Shown here: in pieces, positions 62,101 to 64,000 of the stretch
Layout: each line of letters begins with the position of its first letter
How positions within the stretch are numbered: position 1 is the first letter of the stretch
Assembly: GCA_037379345.1 (NCBI GenBank)
Contig: CM074516.1
Span: forward strand, 47,777,626-47,841,625
Source: Perna viridis
Lineage: Eukaryota
Direction of reading: 5' to 3'
DNA length: 64,000 bases
Position numbers and translations under genes: made by a program
The notes under the pieces: model-generated
What the model saw: the letters and a program-made list of their open reading frames with translations, nothing else
The model's database searches: none
Told to the model about the DNA's origin: nothing

Positions 62101-63794
62101 TATCTGGTGAACTAATAAGTCAGTCTGATCATTCTATACCAATAACATTTATCATGTAACCTTCAAATTATACAAATACTGTATACATTTTATTTAAACT
62201 CTACATTTAATGTAAACCCACAGCTGAACATGCATTAGGTAAACTTAAACTAAAACTTAAGTAGATTAAATATATAACTAAGAATCAAAAATTAAAAGTC
62301 TTTATAAATGGAACAAGCAAATGTGATTTCAGGAGCATAGAAAACCTTCCATCCATGACATTAATTATGTCTATATCGTCACACCATTTTACTTAATTTA
62401 CCTGGTACTAGAGAATGTTTCATGATCAATACAAGGTCAAAATTTGGAAGGACTGAATTCAATGTTATATTAGGTACAAGGAATATATCTTAAAAGACTA
62501 CTTTAAATTTCATGGTAATTCTTCAAGTAGAACTGCCATATTGAAAACCTACAGTACATATATAATAGTAAGCATAGGACAGAAATCCAAAGTTTGCATG
62601 CAAAAGCTATATTCATAGATTTTTAACTTTGTACTTGAGTGTTACTAAACAGATACTGCAACACTAACAGCACCATAATATCAGTATTGAGATGAACACT
62701 TGGCCCCCTACCTGCATTCGCCTTTCTTCTCTTTTTTGTTTGGCCTGTTGTTGGATCTTTTTCATGTCTTCTCCAACAATGATAACATTTTTCTTGGCAG
62801 GCCCCTGAAATATATCAATGGCAAACTTATTTTCACTATGCTCATTTTTATAAGGTATAATACCATAACAAACACATTTTTTTTTCAAATAATGCTTAAA
62901 TATTTTCCGTACAACAGTGATGAACTATTTCTAATAGATTGACACATGAACAATTTTAATATCAAAGGTCATGATGTAGCTTTGAGTATTCAATATACAT
63001 GTAGGTACATGAGCATATATGTTAGCATGCTATCATGCAAGGAGAAAGTTTCACTTTTAATGTGTACATCATACTAATAGTAATCGAGACAACACACATT
63101 TGTAATAAATGAAGTGACTGGTGTTTAGATGACTGTTATGATGTCATAGCCATTGTGACCACATTTATTGACATTCAAGTGAACACAATAATAGCAATCA
63201 GGGCAGAGAGATGAAAACTCTGTATGTATGTGTACAGTATATGTACACCATATGTACACATGTTGTACAATGTACCAATATCCTTTATTGCATGCATTCC
63301 CTATGTTTAAGTATATGGTTTTGCAATGCTCAATGCATGTTATGAGCTAAGCTATTTTTACATGATACATGCATATTATAAACAACGCAGTGTGCTTGAG
63401 TTATCGAGTAATAGTTTTAAATAGTGAAAAGTTCTAGACTAATATAATGAAGTTCAGTGAAACAAGATATACACATGTTAATAATGCTCATAATAGAATC
63501 ATAAGGGTCAATGTGTGCTTTACTCTCTGTCTTCGTGTTATGTATAATCAATACTTAAAAAAAAAACACAACACAAATCTCCCTATCATCATCAGATTGT
63601 ATCCATTTTTTCTCTTGCCAATATCTAACCATGAAATGACTTGTAGCTATTGATACTAGATTAAAGAATATATCTATTCTCTATTATCATGTCGAGAACC
63701 ACATGCAAGATTCTGACTACAGAAATTTTCTTTATGTTGCATGCAGTACCTTGCTTCTGACAATTGTATGCCAGGCTGATCGCTCTACAGGGGT
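17040..63794 (-). CDS. DNAH5: Axonemal outer-arm dynein heavy chain, DNAH5/DNAH8 (gamma) class; multi-exon gene, 5' end outside window
   Basis: 68 hand-traced GT-AG exons with consistent phases, 13731 nt in total including the stop (~4576 aa). P-loops: AAA1 [11 protein letters not shown]2 [11 protein letters not shown]3 GEQGTAKT (typical of DNAH5/8), AAA4 GVGGSGKQ. Other motifs: [31 protein letters not shown]; C-terminus [18 protein letters not shown]5 versus DNAH8 versus an invertebrate paralogue cannot be resolved without a phylogeny. Confidence 0.95.
17736..17862 (-). CDS. DNAH5: Dynein HC exon 67
   Basis: GFLTAMRQE...WALD...PPNE. Confidence 0.94.
18178..18519 (-). CDS. DNAH5: Dynein HC exon 66
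   Basis: VKDRLRK...[10 protein letters not shown]...[10 protein letters not shown]. Confidence 0.94.
18876..19144 (-). CDS. DNAH5: Dynein HC exon 65
   Basis: YKIPKCK...FGLHSNADI...[11 protein letters not shown]...VPYE. Confidence 0.94.
19317..19467 (-). CDS. DNAH5: Dynein HC exon 64
   Basis: [29 protein letters not shown]. Confidence 0.94.
19808..20200 (+). repeat. ~45-bp intronic minisatellite
   Basis: Unit acaatgactaccttcatgggtgaagattatgtcactttagtgaat, ~9 imperfect copies. Confidence 0.9.
20525..20719 (-). CDS. DNAH5: Dynein HC exon 63
   Basis: EQLDYSN...[19 protein letters not shown]...DPKK. Confidence 0.94.
20950..21114 (-). CDS. DNAH5: Dynein HC exon 62
   Basis: VLSAENV...FRLWLT...NEPPQG...NVSQ. 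Confidence 0.94.
21312..21587 (-). CDS. DNAH5: Dynein HC exon 61 (AAA6)
   Basis: FAEGVIL...SMGQGQ...WVLLQNCHL...LLDT. Confidence 0.94.
21827..21994 (-). CDS. DNAH5: Dynein HC exon 60
   Basis: AWKAWFD...[12 protein letters not shown]...MGLR. Confidence 0.93.
22338..22477 (-). CDS. DNAH5: Dynein HC exon 59
   Basis: GAALDLN...[10 protein letters not shown]...RNDK. Confidence 0.93.
22675..23407 (-). CDS. DNAH5: Dynein HC exon 58
   Basis: VKVGDKEVD...GLEDQLL...[12 protein letters not shown]...VFIK. Confidence 0.95.
23635..23985 (-). CDS. DNAH5: Dynein HC exon 57 (AAA5)
   Basis: DINVVTML...GLPND...LLIDPQGQG...STFK. Confidence 0.94.
23985..24227 (-). repeat. 31-35-bp tandem repeat in which each unit carries a 3' splice site
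   Basis: Minus-strand unit gtgatatgatatggaagtgacttttattttcag; 8 acceptor-like positions. Confidence 0.9.
24354..24611 (-). CDS. DNAH5: Dynein HC exon 56
   Basis: ALVDDAE...GERVRW...[10 protein letters not shown]...PFSD. Confidence 0.94.
24789..25094 (-). CDS. DNAH5: Dynein HC exon 55
   Basis: DSINEET...EVLPLK...KEKQ. Confidence 0.94.
25336..25523 (-). CDS. DNAH5: Dynein HC exon 54 (microtubule-binding domain)
   Basis: [17 protein letters not shown]...NFPK. Confidence 0.94.
25734..26042 (-). CDS. DNAH5: Dynein HC exon 53 (stalk CC1)
   Basis: LKKLVEAT...[12 protein letters not shown]...HIST. Confidence 0.94.
26280..26436 (-). CDS. DNAH5: Dynein HC exon 52
   Basis: DMVAEYC...[10 protein letters not shown]...RMNT. 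Confidence 0.94.
27656..27844 (-). CDS. DNAH5: Dynein HC exon 51
   Basis: [15 protein letters not shown]...GVFQ. Confidence 0.94.
27963..28281 (-). CDS. DNAH5: Dynein HC exon 50
   Basis: [10 protein letters not shown]...[10 protein letters not shown]. Confidence 0.94.
28814..28925 (+). repeat. 25-bp tandem repeat, ~4.5 copies
   Basis: Unit aacagttttggctataaaaataaac. Confidence 0.9.
29700..29854 (-). CDS. DNAH5: Dynein HC exon 49 (AAA4 P-loop)
   Basis: DAMTNLVK...[13 protein letters not shown]. Confidence 0.95.
30081..30229 (-). CDS. DNAH5: Dynein HC exon 48
   Basis: [16 protein letters not shown]...MDMVFFK. Confidence 0.93.
31361..31425 (+). repeat. 31-bp tandem duplication
   Basis: tcaattaaacgttgtaagaYgcagattaagg x2. 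Confidence 0.9.
31556..31873 (+). mobile_element. Naiad-like PLE 3' fragment (copy 3), antisense in a dynein intron
   Basis: Aligns to 3268-3590 (tatccatctgca..gaaaactgat..gacgcttaccctaccgg..ccatgctcccagtttttagt). Confidence 0.8.
31916..32009 (-). CDS. DNAH5: Dynein HC exon 47
   Basis: VAEEECGS...[13 protein letters not shown]. Confidence 0.92.
32291..32431 (-). CDS. DNAH5: Dynein HC exon 46
   Basis: GILNVTEE...[14 protein letters not shown]...KTLKQ. Confidence 0.94.
32764..32916 (-). CDS. DNAH5: Dynein HC exon 45
   Basis: ARGFSEDC...[22 protein letters not shown]. Confidence 0.94.
33137..33502 (-). CDS. DNAH5: Dynein HC exon 44
   Basis: [10 protein letters not shown]...FIDDINMP...PGGGRNDIP. 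Confidence 0.95.
33749..34000 (-). CDS. DNAH5: Dynein HC exon 43 (AAA3 P-loop)
   Basis: VPEYVYPP...GEQGTAKT...NFSSAT. Confidence 0.95.
34279..34395 (-). CDS. DNAH5: Dynein HC exon 42
   Basis: LQEWLEQN...GEWEHWAGR. Confidence 0.92.
34583..34747 (-). CDS. DNAH5: Dynein HC exon 41
   Basis: [10 protein letters not shown]...LELDDRKK. Confidence 0.92.
34982..35094 (-). CDS. DNAH5: Dynein HC exon 40
   Basis: [10 protein letters not shown]...LPKMQ. Confidence 0.9.
35476..35719 (-). CDS. DNAH5: Dynein HC exon 39
   Basis: [28 protein letters not shown]...ASPATVSR. Confidence 0.95.
36016..36315 (-). CDS. DNAH5: Dynein HC exon 38 (AAA2 P-loop)
   Basis: ITEGGL...GPTGAGKT...NPKAIT...WTDGIFS. Confidence 0.95.
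36547..36984 (-). CDS. DNAH5: Dynein HC exon 37
   Basis: [15 protein letters not shown]...HYDFGLR...AISKN. Confidence 0.95.
37211..37398 (-). CDS. DNAH5: Dynein HC exon 36 (AAA1 Walker B)
   Basis: [16 protein letters not shown]...MFLTM. Confidence 0.95.
37675..38026 (-). CDS. DNAH5: Dynein HC exon 35 (AAA1 P-loop)
   Basis: [13 protein letters not shown]...[12 protein letters not shown]...[10 protein letters not shown]. Confidence 0.95.
38041..38130 (+). repeat. Compound (TATC)n/(TA)n microsatellite
   Basis: Directly visible, beside the exon 35 acceptor. Confidence 0.95.
38325..38549 (-). CDS. DNAH5: Dynein HC exon 34
   Basis: [11 protein letters not shown]...[15 protein letters not shown]. 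Confidence 0.94.
38686..39117 (+). mobile_element. Naiad-like PLE 3' fragment (copy 2), antisense in a dynein intron
   Basis: High visible identity to 3160-3591. Confidence 0.85.
39325..39462 (-). CDS. DNAH5: Dynein HC exon 33
   Basis: [11 protein letters not shown]...MFPAQ. Confidence 0.93.
39823..39951 (-). CDS. DNAH5: Dynein HC exon 32
   Basis: AHLLSIFDN...PVLAQ. Confidence 0.93.
40207..40700 (-). CDS. DNAH5: Dynein HC exon 31 (linker)
   Basis: DTTSETV...[11 protein letters not shown]...FPRFFFVSD...HTIQ. Confidence 0.95.
40944..41070 (-). CDS. DNAH5: Dynein HC exon 30
   Basis: [16 protein letters not shown]...RGELLLK. Confidence 0.93.
41263..41503 (-). CDS. DNAH5: Dynein HC exon 29
   Basis: [14 protein letters not shown]...RHW...EDIE. 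Confidence 0.93.
41707..42006 (-). CDS. DNAH5: Dynein HC exon 28
   Basis: [16 protein letters not shown]...GEELFGLP...DFQN. Confidence 0.93.
42191..42309 (-). CDS. DNAH5: Dynein HC exon 27
   Basis: [16 protein letters not shown]...GDYDD. Confidence 0.92.
42493..42897 (-). CDS. DNAH5: Dynein HC exon 26
   Basis: KLEQEIEEI...[12 protein letters not shown]...KLIAQ. Confidence 0.93.
43092..43172 (-). CDS. DNAH5: Dynein HC exon 25
   Basis: [27 protein letters not shown]. Confidence 0.9.
43411..43617 (-). CDS. DNAH5: Dynein HC exon 24
   Basis: EMEIAASE...HLWDK. Confidence 0.9.
44682..44699 (-). CDS. DNAH5: Dynein HC candidate 18-nt microexon (exon 23)
   Basis: ttttgttttatcattag|CAAGCAAAAGAAGCCAAG|gtatct, phase 0-0, QAKEAK. 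Confidence 0.55.
45439..45695 (-). CDS. DNAH5: Dynein HC exon 22
   Basis: [11 protein letters not shown]...[16 protein letters not shown]...KQQQK. Confidence 0.92.
45932..46152 (-). CDS. DNAH5: Dynein HC exon 21 (Cys-cluster segment)
   Basis: QSKLVEIAV...[11 protein letters not shown]...NTEALVK. Confidence 0.9.
46344..46551 (-). CDS. DNAH5: Dynein HC exon 20
   Basis: IENVYKQM...LCDLPEDE...QQLA. Confidence 0.9.
46937..47088 (-). CDS. DNAH5: Dynein HC exon 19
   Basis: [10 protein letters not shown]...[15 protein letters not shown]. Confidence 0.92.
47349..47578 (-). CDS. DNAH5: Dynein HC exon 18
   Basis: MLYHRGWC...LFVNFD...KTNHV. Confidence 0.92.
47761..47826 (-). CDS. DNAH5: Dynein HC exon 17
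   Basis: [22 protein letters not shown]. Confidence 0.92.
48068..48331 (-). CDS. DNAH5: Dynein HC exon 16
   Basis: TEKSVELL...[20 protein letters not shown]...PELLK. Confidence 0.92.
48676..48771 (-). CDS. DNAH5: Dynein HC exon 15
   Basis: [12 protein letters not shown]...FSRSLT. Confidence 0.9.
48949..49150 (-). CDS. DNAH5: Dynein HC exon 14
   Basis: [15 protein letters not shown]...LDHRKGD. Confidence 0.92.
49327..49446 (-). CDS. DNAH5: Dynein HC exon 13
   Basis: [10 protein letters not shown]...NERQFEF. Confidence 0.92.
49700..49846 (+). repeat. 38-bp tandem repeat, 4 copies
   Basis: Unit agagcttactgaggactaagtcagtggagccagaacac. Confidence 0.92.
49920..50101 (-). CDS. DNAH5: Dynein HC exon 12
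   Basis: [10 protein letters not shown]...[19 protein letters not shown]...WDIP. Confidence 0.92.
50288..50436 (+). repeat. Dispersed repeat, copy A (possibly Helentron/HINE-like 3' end)
   Basis: Shares atggcatcatgtgataaagaaca...ttcatc.aattcca...gacagcatgatcact...gtataataa with 53945-54069; class assignment tentative. Confidence 0.55.
50717..50815 (-). CDS. DNAH5: Dynein HC exon 11
   Basis: [21 protein letters not shown]...KCTP. Confidence 0.92.
51074..51167 (-). CDS. DNAH5: Dynein HC exon 10
   Basis: [10 protein letters not shown]...KTWKEL. Confidence 0.92.
51353..51518 (-). CDS. DNAH5: Dynein HC exon 9
   Basis: [10 protein letters not shown]...[17 protein letters not shown]. Confidence 0.92.
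51741..51930 (-). CDS. DNAH5: Dynein HC exon 8
   Basis: [10 protein letters not shown]...DFQAA. Confidence 0.9.
52099..52272 (-). CDS. DNAH5: Dynein HC exon 7
   Basis: [11 protein letters not shown]...PSLKSLE. Confidence 0.9.
52770..52945. mobile_element. Palindromic (foldback/MITE-like) element
   Basis: Imperfect inverted repeat over its full length: tgaataaccaaaa/ttttggttattca, gtgcc/ggcac, gattta/taaatc, gtgtgca/tgcacac. Confidence 0.7.
53945..54069 (+). repeat. Dispersed repeat, copy B
   Basis: Homologous to 50288-50436. Confidence 0.55.
54297..54446. mobile_element. Degenerate MITE-like element
   Basis: Ends tacagtaaa...tttacagta (short imperfect terminal inverted repeat); a similar-looking remnant lies at ~39608-39804. 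Confidence 0.35.
55041..55321 (+). repeat. 92-bp tandem repeat, 3 apparently identical copies
   Basis: Units begin cagatgtagacctacattg at 55041, 55133 and 55225. Confidence 0.93.
55852..56543 (+). repeat. 63-bp minisatellite, 11 copies
   Basis: Unit cacagggtaaccctagtgagcatattatcttaccaagcccatcgtattccaatgaagattcct; gives 21-aa periodic spurious ORFs. Confidence 0.95.
56980..57048 (-). CDS. DNAH5: Dynein HC exon 6
   Basis: [27 protein letters not shown]. Confidence 0.8.
57694..57759 (-). CDS. DNAH5: Dynein HC exon 5
   Basis: [26 protein letters not shown]. Confidence 0.85.
59041..59114 (-). mobile_element. Short 3'-terminal fragment of the same Naiad-like family
   Basis: Reverse complement of ccatgt.tggtctttgtc.ctggatt...gattaccgctataa.cttggttcccttgattactcttt. 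Confidence 0.7.
59180..59242 (-). CDS. DNAH5: Dynein HC exon 4
   Basis: [25 protein letters not shown]. Confidence 0.85.
59477..59509 (-). CDS. DNAH5: Dynein HC exon 3 (33 nt)
   Basis: tttttcag|...|gtaagt, [11 protein letters not shown], resembles the DNAH5/8 LDxRHxYL motif. Confidence 0.8.
62712..62804 (-). CDS. DNAH5: Dynein HC exon 2
   Basis: AG/GT bounded, GPAKKNV...[11 protein letters not shown]. Confidence 0.8.
63750..63794 (-). CDS. DNAH5: Dynein HC candidate exon 1 (in window)
   Basis: ttcctgacgtttcag|...AAG|gtactg, 45 nt, open phase 0-0, [15 protein letters not shown]; no homology support. Confidence 0.5.
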
Positions 63795-64000
63795 CTGAAA
63801 CGTCAGGAATTAGTATAACACAATATTCTCAGGGTTTTATGTGATACAAATACATGTACACCTATATATGTTACATATTTATACACAGGGCAGTACATCT
63901 ATTTGGCCAAAATTGAAATCAAGTTTGTTTCCTCTTACCCTAACCTACCCAAATAATTTAATTGCCATTATCTGACAAGAATTTTTTGTATTTTTAAAGC

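Overview
AT-rich eukaryotic genomic DNA, not prokaryotic. Intron style, repeat families and a single-exon TLR suggest a bivalve mollusc (inference). (1) 1.9-8.5 kb is a graveyard of Penelope-like retroelements (PLEs): a GIY-YIG-type remnant flanked by inverted pseudo-LTRs that each carry a minimal hammerhead-ribozyme motif, and several Naiad-like reverse-transcriptase (RT) 3' fragments. It also holds a GC-rich ~200-bp island that folds into a chain of hairpins. (2) 9971-12362 (+) is an intronless Toll-like receptor pseudogene (signal peptide-LRR-LRRCT-TM-TIR) with several nonsense codons and frameshifts. (3) 17040 to beyond 63794 (-) is an apparently intact outer-arm axonemal dynein heavy chain of the DNAH5/DNAH8 (gamma) class. 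I traced 68 GT-AG exons by hand with consistent phases (about 4576 codons); the start codon is not in the window. Its introns contain splice-architecture oddities: an array of 8 tandem 3' splice sites, a duplicated acceptor, an 18-nt microexon, degenerate copies of an exon start and an AG|GTAAGG junction. They also contain minisatellites and MITE-like or palindromic elements. No CRISPR, tRNA or rRNA was seen. All calls are by eye, without database searches.
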